Source of the DNA: Octopus bimaculoides
Taxonomy: Eukaryota
Length of the DNA: 64,000 bases
Direction: 5' to 3'
NCBI RefSeq assembly: GCF_001194135.2
Contig: NC_069003.1
Coordinates: 3,420,151-3,484,150 of the forward strand
Shown here: in pieces, positions 1-11,618 of the stretch
Position numbering within the stretch: position 1 is the first letter of the stretch
Layout of the letters: each line of letters begins with the position of its first letter
Notes under the pieces: model-generated
The model's database searches: none
The model's input: only the letters and a program-made list of their open reading frames with translations
Told to the model about the DNA's origin: nothing
Position numbers and translations under genes: made by a program

Positions 1-46
1 ATATTTATATATATGGTTTAGGTGTATGTGTATATGTTATTTTCTG

Positions 47-89
<43 letters not shown>

Positions 90-1170
90 GTGTTTCTGCG
101 CTTGTTCATATGTACGTTGTGCGTGTTTATGCATTACGCATGTACATACATACATATACACATACATACACTCACACACACGCATGCACACATACACACA
201 CACATATACTCACGTATATGTGTATATATCTACGGCTCTATGTGTAGGCGTATGAGCGTGTGTTTCAAAGAATGTGTTTTATATGTACGTATGCACTGCT
301 TCGTTTGTTATGTTTTTCTGTGTTTATGGGACCATGCGCCTGCGTGTGCATGCGTTAGTCTCTTTATACATTCCATGGCTATACACATATCCGAATGTGT
401 CTGTGTATCTATGTATGTAGCAATGTATGAAATCCAGATCAAAGCTGGTAAATTTAACAGTTGAGCAGGTTACTGCTTTGACAAGATAAACCGGCAACAA
501 CAATATCAACAACGAAAACACCGTCATCTACAAAAGCCCTAACACAAAAGATTATCCTACAGCAAACCTCATCACAGAAGCCCTCGGTACATTACGCAAT
601 TGTTAGATAGAAACATGAATAGATTTCGCATGTCATGGCTAGAACTTTGAAATGATATTGTAGCTAGGATACTTCGTTTGGGAAATACTTGCGGTTACTA
701 AGGTCTTTCCGATGAAACCTGACCAGAATTAAACAACAACTGGTATACCGACAACAACAGTAAGAACAACAACAAAAAGAAGAAAACAGTAACAACAGCA
801 GCAATGACGACGATGACTACGATGGCAACAACAACAACTGATTATGCTATGCAAGAAACCGTGTATTAATATAAAGTGTCGACTTCGCAAAGAAGCGTGC
901 ACTCGGTTAACTCCGGAAGACTTACTTTAACATACGAAAGAAATGATTGCACATTTCCTTCGGGGTCTGTATTACCTTTCTAGCAGCAGGGCTAAGATTC
1001 CTAATACTTGCAGAGTATGTAGGTATGCATGTATGTATGTGTGTGTGTATGTGTGTGTACGTGTATATATGCATATATATATATATACATATATGTATAT
1101 ATACATAAATACATATTTATATACATGCATACACAAACGTACATATATATTTTGTTTATATTTAAGTATA

Positions 1171-1213
<43 letters not shown>

Positions 1214-1440
1214 CATATGGTAAACAAAAAATGGTAAACAAAAAATCTTAGTAAAGGAGAAAGGGGGAGAATCCAATGAATTCTATAAACAGGGTTAATC
1301 CATCTGCCTCTCCGTAGTGTGACTGGCTGATAAATCTTACACGATTTGCGAGTCTTACTGTATTCTCATCTGAGACGTCTATATGCATAGGTATGTATAA
1401 ATACAAATACATGTGACTGTGTGCGTGTGTGCGTGCTAGC

Positions 1441-1520
<80 letters not shown>

Positions 1521-1619
1521 ATATATACAAGTATAAATACATAAGTATACACACAGAAAAATATATTCAAGTTCTGCTGATTCAGGCGGTTGTACATGGA
1601 TTACACAGTATTCAACATA

Positions 1620-2740
1620 CTTCTAAAATTGTCAAAGCGCAAATATACAATACCATGTAATCCAAAAAACACGCACGATTCTACTTCATATAAGCCAAAG
1701 TTTCTACATTCTTGTTTGCGAACGGAGCGTTAAGCACATCTGGTGCCATACCAAAACATGTAAGCTAAATCGCTTCAAGTTCATTTCATGGATCTTCGAA
1801 ACAGCATAAATTTCAGAATAGGGAAAGTCGGGCATCATGGCATTCAATGTGTGATTTGTGAATTATTGGAGAAAGTACCAAAGCAAAGAAACCCATACAG
1901 TCTATACTTTCGGTTAATTAAATAATTACTTTGAAGTTTTAATTATTATTGATCCTGTTCGAAGACCTGAATTTCGGCATAAGAAAAGTTTCAATGTTCA
2001 AATCGCGAATGTGGTTTCTGTCATTATAGAAACAACAATGAATCCAAATTAGGACAAATTATTTTGAATTGAAGGGGAGGTCAGCTGCAAATAATATCAG
2101 GGCCTAATCGCTCATATAACAACCTTCAATATGTAATTCTTTTTCGACTTGAAGAGCATGATATCTTCAGTTCTAAATGACAAAGAACAGAAATTAACAG
2201 CAATACGCTACTATGAGTATCACCTTACGAACCACGAAAATGAGTGCGATCAGCTTTTGAGAGGAGGACGTCATTTTCAACAATACTTGGTTTATGTGAC
2301 TGAGATGATTGAAGGTGTGAGGCTGAATTTCTTCACAATGAATCAAGTTATTGTAAGATCAACAGCTGCATTAAATGATTTTTATCATGCCGTTGAGTTT
2401 CAGCATGAAAAAATAGAAAAAGAAGGATTATCCTGTCTTCAATTTTTCTTGGCGAACCTAGATGTATAGTGGAACGTTCTTGTGATGCCATGATATATAT
2501 AAGAGCGTTTCCAAATGCTTCCTTTTTCTCATTACAATGAACTTCAATCCAAATGGCAAGAAATCCGAAAGCATCTTTCTGGGGATCAAAAGCCCCATGA
2601 GCGACCAGATTTAATTCGAAGATTTCTCGAAATTTTATAGGGTATATTATTAGAATATATGGTCGTTTGTATATGTGTTGTGTGCGAAGTTATCAAAAGC
2701 TTGGTATGCAGCACTAGTGCCGCCTACTGTGGTTTTATGA
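1620..2740 (+). mobile_element. Helitron Rep/helicase pseudogene fragment (Rep/HUH region)
   Basis: Hand translation across frameshifts and stops gives, in order: AKSLQVHFMD, RNPYSLYF, RPEFRHKKSFNVQIANVVSVII, GGQLQIISGPNRSYNNLQYVILFRLEEH, YYEYHLTNHENECDQLLRGGRHFQQYLV...IEGVRLNF..MNQ (ORF 2149-2469), GEPRCIVERSCDAMIYIR, NPKWQEIRKHLSGDQKPHERPDLIRR and SYQKLGMQH*CRLLWF. This is collinear with the canonical Helitron Rep blocks as I recall them (FLQIYFM, RSYDALQYPLLF, LLRGGRLFQQYLVD, GPRYM..RTQDAM, FITFTCNPKW, RPDL, EYQKRGLPHAHILIW). Confidence 0.85.
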
Positions 2741-2789
2741 AGCCTCGAAACGAAAACTACAGAAATCAAGGTCCATCGCGTTCGGGAGT

Positions 2790-3025
2790 GCAATGCCCCA
2801 ATGTGGTTCCTGTCATTATACAAACAACAATGAATCCAAATCTATGTCAGGACATATTATTTTGAATAGAAGGGGAGGTCAAGTGAAAATACTATCAGGG
2901 CATTATCGCTCATATGACAACCCTCAATGTGTAATTCTTTTTCGACTTGAAGGGCATGGGTGGCATCTTCAGTTCTAAATGACAAACAACAAAAATTAAC
3001 GGCAATACGTTACTTTGAGTATCGT
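2790..3025 (+). mobile_element. Second partial Helitron Rep copy (duplicate of ~2008-2224)
   Basis: The stretch aatgtggtt...tcattata.aaacaacaatgaatccaaat...ttctttttcgacttgaag...atcttcagttctaaatgacaaa...gagtatc recurs here. ORF 2793-2978 reads HIILNRRGGQVKILSGHYRSYDNPQCVILFRLEGHGWHL. Confidence 0.85.
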
Positions 3026-3185
3026 CATGAGCCTTCACATGTATGCGTGGTTGTGTGCACGCGCGTGTATGTGCGTGTATGTGTGTGTGTGCGTCTGTGT
3101 GTGTGTATGTGAATGTGTGAATGTGTGTATATGACAATGGCAGAGCAGATCAGATGTTCTTAATGGCTTACCATATTAGATGTTC

Positions 3186-3732
3186 TTTCCTCATAACCTG
3201 GAATTATGCATATTTTTTTAAACAAGTTTTGCAAATATGTCATCGTGCATACAGTTTATGATTATGTTTATGAAAATATCTTTCAGCACTTTCGAATCAT
3301 TCTCACTTCCTATTGATTATGTTTCCTCATAATTCTCATTAATATGCATATTTTTAAAAACGAGAATTTAAAGAAAAAATACATTATGTGGGTGTAGATA
3401 AAGATTGTGTGTCGTTATCCTGAATTTACGAGAATTGTCGGTAAAATAGTGGGATGAAAGCCCAGGTAATAGTCCGTTATTCATAATCTAAATAAAAAAT
3501 TTTTCGTATATATTTTGTCCGAATAATCATAATATATACCCATTTGATTTTAAAATATGCATTTTAAAGTGCTGCAACAAAATGCATTTAGGATGAGGGA
3601 GGATATTCCGAAACAATGCTAAGCGATTTTATTTTCAATTTTGTCAAGAAAGTCGTAATTTACACCCTCTAAAATGCATCTCTTCAATTGTTGCAATACA
3701 AATATGCATTTTTCAAAGAGTTATGAGGAAAT
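3186..3732. repeat. Degenerate inverted-repeat-rich remnant, possibly an old DNA transposon/MITE
   Basis: ttcctcataa...atgcatatt occurs at ~3187 and ~3322 and inverted (aatatgcat...ttatgaggaa) at ~3702-3731. A further ATGCAT/TGCAAC imperfect inverted pair lies within 3550-3715. Confidence 0.35.
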
Positions 3733-3767
3733 AAATTCTGGAGATTAAAAACACATACATACATACA

Positions 3768-3827
<60 letters not shown>

Positions 3828-5593
3828 NNNNNNNNNNNNNNNNNNNNNNNNNNNNNNNNNNNNNNNNNNNNNNNNNNNNNNNNNNNNNNNNNNNNNNNNN
3901 NNNNNNNNNNNNNNNNNNNNNNNNNNNNNNNNNNNNNNNNNNNNNNNNNNNNNNNNNNNNNNNNNNNNNNNNNNNNNNNNNNNNNNNNNNNNNNNNNNNN
4001 NNNNNNNNNNNNNNNNNNNNNNNNNNNNNNNNNNNNNNNNNNNNNNNNNNNNNNNNNNNNNNNNNNNNNNNNNNNNNNNNNNNNNNNNNNNNNNNNNNNN
4101 NNNNNNNNNNNNNNNNNNNNNNNNNNNNNNNNNNNNNNNNNNNNNNNNNNNNNNNNNNNNNNNNNNNNNNNNNNNNNNNNNNNNNNNNNNNNNNNNNNNN
4201 NNNNNNNNNNNNNNNNNNNNNNNNNNNNNNNNNNNNNNNNNNNNNNNNNNNNNNNNNNNNNNNNNNNNNNNNNNNNNNNNNNNNNNNNNNNNNNNNNNNN
4301 NNNNNNNNNNNNNNNNNNNNNNNNNNNNNNNNNNNNNNNNNNNNNNNNNNNNNNNNNNNNNNNNNNNNNNNNNNNNNNNNNNNNNNNNNNNNNNNNNNNN
4401 NNNNNNNNNNNNNNNNNNNNNNNNNNNNNNNNNNNNNNNNNNNNNNNNNNNNNNNNNNNNNNNNNNNNNNNNNNNNNNNNNNNNNNNNNNNNNNNNNNNN
4501 NNNNNNNNNNNNNNNNNNNNNNNNNNNNNNNNNNNNNNNNNNNNNNNNNNNNNNNNNNNNNNNNNNNNNNNNNNNNNNNNNNNNNNNNNNNNNNNNATAT
4601 ATATATATATAAAGAGAGAGATAGAGAAAGAGAGAGAGCGAGAAACAGATAGATAAATAGATAGATTGATTGATTGATTGATTCAGGCACAAAACATGCG
4701 TACATATATACATTTGTGTGAATTCTCATAAGTGCATATATAAGTTTGTATACGTATACGTGTACGTTCACATATACTTATCTATGGATAACAGTACGAA
4801 TGGCTATTTCTAGAATACAGGGAATTCAGTATGCTTCTTGGATCTATATACTTTATCGGAATTGTAGGAGATTTCATTAATTCCTTCATGATATACCTAC
4901 TTGTGTGTGAGTATATATATATATATATATATATATACATGCGTGTTTGTGTGTGTATGTGTGTGTCAAGGAGAGACTCTGTCTGTCTGAATCTAAGTCT
5001 ATGTTTATATATGTATATATAACGCAATTTACTGTTTAGTGTATTTGCCTATGGAAAGCGTAAACTAGGAATTCGATATTTGGATATTGATAAACGATGC
5101 GGCACTCTTCGAGAAACACAACGGTCGATATGACCGTCTAAACCCCTCAAGGTTGGTGTCCTGGGATGTTCAATGACCGAAACTAGTCAAAGAAAACCAG
5201 AAGAGTGTTTGCTATATCAATGCTGACCTACAGCCAAACAAATGTTATCAAAACAAAAATAAAAGACAAAAAAATAATAAAAAGATTGTGTGAAATCCAC
5301 TTTTGTGCTGAGAAATTGACTATTATTGATTAGGGGTTTGTTAAATCTGTATTAAAGGGGTTTGAAGTTGTTTTAGGAAAGTGTATTTCAAAAGTGCAGT
5401 TAACCCATTGAAAGCACTTCATGAAACGTTCGGACTAGAAAAAGGACACAGCATTTGTAGATCTTAAATTAAATTATCAGATTCAGTAGAAATTTTTTAA
5501 TGATTGCTTCCGCTTTTAGATGAAAATTTAGACTTTTTAAATGTTCTAGCTCATATTTTTCAGAAGATAATATAGACTAACCTCTATTTCATT

Positions 5594-5783
5594 CAGTTCT
5601 ATATGTAAGAGATGAGGAATTATGTACATTATTTACATTATGTACAATTGACGGATATTTGTCCTCATCTTGTTTGTTGCTAACACAACGTTTCCGTTTC
5701 GGCTGATATACCCTCCAGCTTTCATCAGGTGTCTTGGGAAAATTTCGAACCTGGGTTCTCACTCCAAAGGTATTTTTCGATGA

Positions 5784-5790
<7 letters not shown>
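5594..5790 (-). mobile_element. Penelope-like terminal-repeat (pLTR/retrozyme-like) fragment carrying a hammerhead motif
   Basis: Contains a hammerhead core (next feature) followed, on the minus strand, by a hairpin (gagatgagga...tcctcatctt with an inner tgtaca pair). It abuts a (TTA)n run. Minimal hammerheads are an established feature of Penelope-like element pLTRs. Confidence 0.55.
5682..5733 (-). ncRNA. Minimal type-I hammerhead ribozyme motif (probably decayed copy)
   Basis: Minus strand reads gacac-CTGATGA-a-agctg-gagggtatat-cagcc-GAAAC-ggaaac-GTT-gtgtt. Stem I is gacac/gtgtt, stem II is (a)gctg/cagc(c), and the AACGTT palindrome forms stem III. There is an A.C mismatch at the base of stem II and a 6-nt GGAAAC duplication. 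Confidence 0.55.

Positions 5791-5851
<61 letters not shown>
5785..5851. repeat. (TTA)n microsatellite
   Basis: Direct reading; it explains the poly-Leu ORF 5729-6019. Confidence 0.95.
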
Positions 5852-5852
<1 letters not shown>

Positions 5853-5854
5853 GT

Positions 5855-6012
5855 GAGCTGCTAGATGCAGAAGGAAAGAGTGAGAGAAAGTTGTGGGGAG
5901 AGAGTCAGCAGAAGTTCACCATTACCTTCTGCCTGAGCTGCGTGGAGCTTTGGTTTTTCACTCAGAAACCGCAATCCCCCGACCATGAGTCCGCGGCTTT
6001 AACCACTACATC
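5855..6012 (-). mobile_element. tRNA-derived SINE family A, degenerate 5' half
   Basis: Reverse-complement similarity to the copy at 45103-45483 (aaagagtgagagaaagttgtgg, cgtggagcttt, gaaaccgc.atcc...gaccatgagtccgc...taaccact). Confidence 0.7.
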
Positions 6013-6034
6013 CCTGTAAATTAACAGATATCGT

Positions 6035-6180
6035 AACTAACCGGCAAAAGACACCGATCGAATTAGTTCCAGGTTTAAAGCGTTAATACTGTTGTTGCCT
6101 TTTTTCGAAGAGACCCTCCAAGTGGGTGCCCCATTATGGCCTGAGTCCAAAACACTGAACCGAGTAGAAGATAAAGGAGA
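6035..6180 (+). mobile_element. SINE family B, degenerate 3' part
   Basis: cggcaaaagacaccgatcgaattagt...ggtgccccattatggcctgagtc...actgaaccgagtagaag resembles the 3' end of the copy at 22507-22900. Confidence 0.45.
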
Positions 6181-6189
6181 GGAGGGTTA

Positions 6190-6790
6190 CTATAGAATAA
6201 ATCACTTCTGTTTCGATAAAATGTCATATTCAAAATGGAAGGCTTCGAAAATAATCTCTAACTTCACGGTTGATTTCCAGATATAAATTCTACCCTATTT
6301 AGGAAACGCCGTTGCCGAATGAACGATTTGCCAATGATTTGGTAACGCTTCCAGATTTAATATAAAGTAAATATCTGCCTCATTGATGAAACATCGTTGC
6401 GGAAAGGAATACGTAAAAAAAATTATCTCGTGCCTATTCGAAATTCAATATAGAATAAATATCTGCTTCTATTATGAAGCATCAATTGTCGAATGGCACG
6501 CTTGCAAAATTATCGTATCTTGTCCAGAGTCAATATAGAGTAAATATCTATCTTTTTAATGTTACGTCATAGTCAAAATAATGGATTGCAAGCGATTTGA
6601 TACCTTTTCACAGTTGATAAAGAATATATATCTGCCTCATGTACAAACCGTGATTACCAAATGAAAGCTTTACGTAATGATCTCGTGCCAGTTGAAAAGT
6701 CTATATAGAGTAAATACCTGACTCAGTTATGAATCATTGACCAATAGAAAGCTTTCAGAATGATATGGTACGTAAATGATATAACCAAGG
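6190..6790. repeat. Old degenerate tandem array, ~85-bp period, about 7 units
   Basis: The anchor aatata(g/a)agtaaatatctgcctca recurs at ~6358, 6447, 6531, 6616 and 6701, with weaker matches at ~6191 and ~6280. Confidence 0.75.
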
Positions 6791-7099
6791 TCTGTTTTAT
6801 TATGTAAAACGAAACGATCGCTGTAGATTTGAATTCTCGATCAATTATTTGTTAGTAGATAGGTATCGTATTATCTCAGCTATTTGACATCCAATAGTTG
6901 CTGGATAGAAACAAATTAAAATGAGATGATATTCCGGATTAGTTTCAACGTCACAGAACAACAGCCATTTCCCTAGATTCTGGATTTTACTTAATTCTAC
7001 CTTTAATTTATGCCAGGAATTATTTAAAGTTGGAGTGGTTAACGCTACATTAAGTATTTTACAATGGTTAATGCATCGTTATTTGTAAGGTGTAGCGGT

Positions 7100-7720
7100 A
7101 CATGTCTCAGTGTGACAGGTCGATCAAGTCAATAGGGTATTGAACAAATGAAATAACGGAACACGAGTGTTAAATTACTTAATATACAGCAAGCACAATA
7201 ACTTTAATTAATCGACAATATAGTTGTATCGAGGTGAGGCAAAGTTTGTTGAACAATAGTTAAGTCAACAAGGGTGAAGGCACCGAATCGAAAAAAAAAA
7301 GGCAAACATAGGAATGCCTTGTTGAATTCATGAAATGTCGAACACTTCAAAATGAATTATACGAATGTGGTAAGTAGAAAACTGAGGTGATATTTAAACC
7401 AACTGGTCGCCAGTTCGTATATTTTAACGAGCGCAGTGTATTATATATGGGAAATATATTTAATTACAGAATGGCCGTGGTTAGTGAAGCATAGTTTGGT
7501 ATCACAGATTAATCTAAGAACCCAAAATGAAAACTCTTTATGTATGGTCACTGAAACCTCTGAAAATATGATGCAAATCATCCTCACATTAACGAATAAA
7601 GATGGATAAATTGGAGGGGTTGGTTGTAGTTAAGACGTGTCAGATACATGTGTGCCAAGCAAGAAAGTAATTTAGAAAGATATCAGCTCGATCAGGGCTC
7701 ACTTAGGGATAAATAATAAC
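7100..7720 (-). mobile_element. Possible highly decayed Penelope-like reverse transcriptase remnant
   Basis: Minus-strand peptides LFIPK (~7700), HFEVFDIS*IQQGIPM (~7310) and VFRYF (~7155) occur in the order and rough spacing of the PK, GIPMG and RYIDD motifs. There are many stops and the match is weak. Confidence 0.3.
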
Positions 7721-9631
7721 GATAATAAAAAGCAGTGAAGCATTAATATTTCTTATACTGCGTTGATATGATCTGAGGTTTTCAGGTTTTAGGAAGAATA
7801 TAAAAAACGGAGAAGAGGTATCGGCACAAAATGAGAGAAGTATTTCATATCCAAAAGCTGAAATCATATTAATTACCGAAAAAGGTCTCGTTGGTTCTAT
7901 CAGAGCAGAACGTGATTAATGAACAGCACTCGTGAGGGATTGATAGAGAAAAATAATTCTTCGCTAGATGATGGTGTAGTGAAAAGTTTGTTTAGCGAGG
8001 CGAGTGGTGCGGAGAAATGGAAGGCTGTTTGTAGTGGGGTAGATACAATTTTATGAGGGCAAAGTTATGACTTGGATCAAGAGTTCAATGATAAGCAACC
8101 TTGATGGTGTCACGCGGGTAAATAGATTTGGGAAAAAGATGGAGCGAAGTCAGAGAGAATATTTGGTGGAATGAAGTCAGATTTACGCCAATAGAAGAAA
8201 TGGCTGAAGAGAAATTGTGAGTTGACAATAATCTATTTGGTGAATTCTGGGTAATTTGAGAGGAAATTGAAGTTTAGAGTAAAATGGGAGTTTATTGAAT
8301 AATGTCAGCAGACGACAACTGAAAGCTGTCGTACGTAAGTTCAAACCAATCTTGATACCGGTTGAACAGATAACAGGGAACAGGTATCTAATACTAGACA
8401 TCTGTACCCCGCTTTATCCAGAACAACAGTTAATCTCATCTTTAGGATAACCCAGCCTGTCTTTCTGGTACCAATAACCAGTTTGCTTAATCATAATAAT
8501 CAATTATTCATCTACATTGACATACGTCTGCGTAGCCATCACACAAAGTTTTTTTTTGTTTTGTATTTTTTTAAGTATAAACTCACAACTACAAATTATG
8601 AAACCGTATTATCATCACTGATACATTGATCAGCCTTATTCATGATATCATAATTCCACTTACTCATACACGAGGCTTATTCACAAAAATAATATTTCCT
8701 CATAGCTATTAATTCAATATTTTACGATATCATTTTCATTTAGAATTCCTATGCTACTGTGTACTATAGAGAAAAATCTATCGACTTTTATTCAACAATG
8801 TATAAAAGACAAGATACTTTACGTCTGTCTCTCCATAAGTTGTTAAATAAATATCTATATTAGATTCCAACGATAAAAGAGAATATATTTTAAGAAAGAA
8901 TAATTTATTAATGAAACAAGCAGCCAAAAATACGTTAATTTATGCAAATCATCTTACCCGAGTTTTTGAACCACATATTAATTGTGACTTCATAAAGAAT
9001 ACCTCCACGGTTTGTTAAATAGGTTATTCGCTCGATGATAGAAATCTCAATGGTAACATTAAAATCGATCAAGCTGATCCCTTCTCAGTCCGTGGAGATA
9101 TTATATAAAAAAAAAGTTGTTTACTCTTGTCTATGTAAAGAGTATTGGTTATAAATCGATGAATTTATGATATTGTATAACAGAACACCGTGAAGGCAAC
9201 AGTAATTTAGTATTTCTCTGTCAACACCATACCATTCTGTCGTGTCAATATATAACATATTCACACATCATCTCACACGCATAATTCCCCATCATTTCAC
9301 ACACATAAACAAAAGCTAAATTCGTACACAACCACTCTAATATACATAATTCATTCTTCTCTGAAACACACACAAATTCATAAATATTAACTCACTCACG
9401 CAAATTTTCATTTTCTTTTGTTATAATGTTTTCCCCTTCTCATACAATCAATCTTGACAAAGGACAAGCTGTTCCACACGTCAATATCTCATCCTTTAAT
9501 TCACAACATAAACATTGACTTTCAGCACGTGTTTCCTAGTTTATTATTTCTTTTTATTTTGTTTTTTAGTCATGTCCCATTTTGCTCATAAACTGACAAA
9601 TGATACGAGTCTCTTTATATGTATGCATAAA

Positions 9632-10225
9632 TATTATTGCTTCCGTCGTCGTTGTCGACAATCACCAAGGACGTTCTAAGAGAGACGAAGACGAAGCACG
9701 GTGCATGATGAGGTTGTGGCCGACCCGTCCGATGCAAGCTTGAAAGGCTCCGACACTGATCGAGCACTGGTGATTTGCTGGGTGTAGCTTTGGACTCGCG
9801 CATTTCGCGTTCTTTTTCTGCCCCTGCAATTATGTTCTCTCCGTGGAATGTGGCACCCCTATAGGTGCAGCTTCACCAAGCAGGGCAGTCTTGCGCATGC
9901 GTTCCCTGCGTTGCTCTCAAAGCTCTTCAATGAGGCTTTGAGCGTATCCTTGTGAGCGTTTTCTTCAACGAATTCTCTCTATAACGGTCTTTTGGGGAGT
10001 GTGCAAATGATTGGTGGGTCTGTTCGAATGATGAACTTGGAAAATGGATCCTTCTCTTGCTTGCTAATTTCCAACAGCTTCCTCGGGTAGGTCATGTGGA
10101 AGCGCCATAGCATTTTGGCGTGGCTTTTGTACACCGTCCAAGACTCGTAGGCGAGCAGTAGTTTATGCAGTACAGATGATTGATACACGTTCATCTTAGT
10201 TGCCAGCGTAATGCCTCTCCTCTCT
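9632..10225 (-). mobile_element. RTE-clade LINE 3' fragment (RT C-terminus, zinc-knuckle-like tail and 3' end)
   Basis: Reads ERRGITLATKMNVYQSSVL..LLLAYESWTVYKSHAKML.RFHM..PRKLL, then LPKRPLY, KDTLKASLKSF and IAGAEKEREMRESKA. It ends in gtgattgtcgacaacgacgacggaagc plus an aat tail, typical of RTE/BovB-like 3' ends. Confidence 0.85.
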
Positions 10226-10229
10226 GATG

Positions 10230-10293
<64 letters not shown>

Positions 10294-10705
10294 CTATTTA
10301 TCGATCTATGTATTTGTTTCTCTTTTTTGTAGTTTATGTTAATTTTTAATATACATATTAGCATTTCGTTACACGCATGCACACACGAATTGTGTGAATT
10401 TGTACGAAACCATGAGAGGAATTGGTGAACTTTTATCAAAAATTAGTAACAATTCCCCAGGAAGGAATTCAACTTATGATATACATTTTAGCATACATAT
10501 TATCTGCTGTTGCTTCATATATATATGTATATATACATACATACANNNNNNNNNNNNNNNNNNNNNNNNNNNNNNNNNNNNNNNNNNNNNNNNNNNNNNN
10601 NNNNNNNNNNNNNNNNNNNNNNNNNNNNNNNNNNNNNNNNNNNNNNNNNNNNNNNNNNNNNNNNNNNNNNNNNNNNNNNNNNNNNNNNNNNNNNNNNNNN
10701 NNNNN

Positions 10706-10745
<40 letters not shown>

Positions 10746-11554
10746 TGTTGTTGAAAAAGGTCACCGTAGTTTATTTAAGAAGTCATGTGACTAAGCACTA
10801 TCGAACGTTGATAAACTCGTTCGACACTTTCAAAAGTGTTGCACCCATTCTCTTTTTTCTGTTTTAACTTTTATCTTTTAATAAGCATTTGGGAAAAATT
10901 TCAAAAGAAACATATGACGTTGTCTTAATGTTATATAAGCGTGTGCCTTTATATCTGTAAACGTATGCACATATAGAGAGAACGAGAGAGATGTATTGCA
11001 GTTAATTAAGACATCATAAATACCGCTACGACCGTTTACTATTCCTTCTTAGTTCTTTTGTTGCTTCCTTTATTTATTCTTCTTGAAATTTAATAGCTAT
11101 ATAAAGAAACGAAATGAAGTTTAAATAAATACTATTGAAGAAACTAATAACATTTGAAGAATTAAAGAACTTTAGCGATGGAAGTGTAATTTCAATGACA
11201 TCAGAATATTTTACTTTCAAAACTCCTTATGTATTACGAAAGATTTCCACCAATGTTTTCAATTTTGAAGTCACAAGACAAAACTAAGGATAGTGAGTAG
11301 ACAATAAAATATAAGAATAGATAAATATGTAAATAAACAGGAAGATTATAAAAAGAGAATAAAGAGAATTATGAATGAATAAATAAATAAAAGATTCGAA
11401 GATGTATAATTTGATGTTTGTGGAAACTAATTTTGTAATCCTGTCAAGATAACGATTCAAAGATACACAGAGTAGTACCATTCGATTGCCAGATACTGGC
11501 TGAGACAAACAGTCATACAAATGGAAATATAAAGATAGAAACACCAACAGACGG

Positions 11555-11618
<64 letters not shown>

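Noticed and set aside
18-1660. YIYI-, HTHT- and VCVC-type ORFs here and throughout the window
   Set aside because: They are translations of (TA)n and (CA)n microsatellites, which lack stops in some frames; no domain content.
3713-4771. Long ORFs spanning N-gaps (also 11284-12179, 24902-25843, 51846-52478, 62572-63423)
   Set aside because: Their length comes from N runs translated as X.
6190-6790. CRISPR-like or C2H2 zinc-finger interpretation of the ~85-bp array
   Set aside because: The context is eukaryotic, the repeats are too degenerate and the spacers are mutually similar. No CxxC/HxxxH pattern appears in the frames I translated.
8040-8480. Penelope-like peptides (PRDTIKVAY, LGYPKDEI) on the minus strand
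   Set aside because: Their order relative to the putative RT motifs at 7100-7720 is wrong and the matches are too short.
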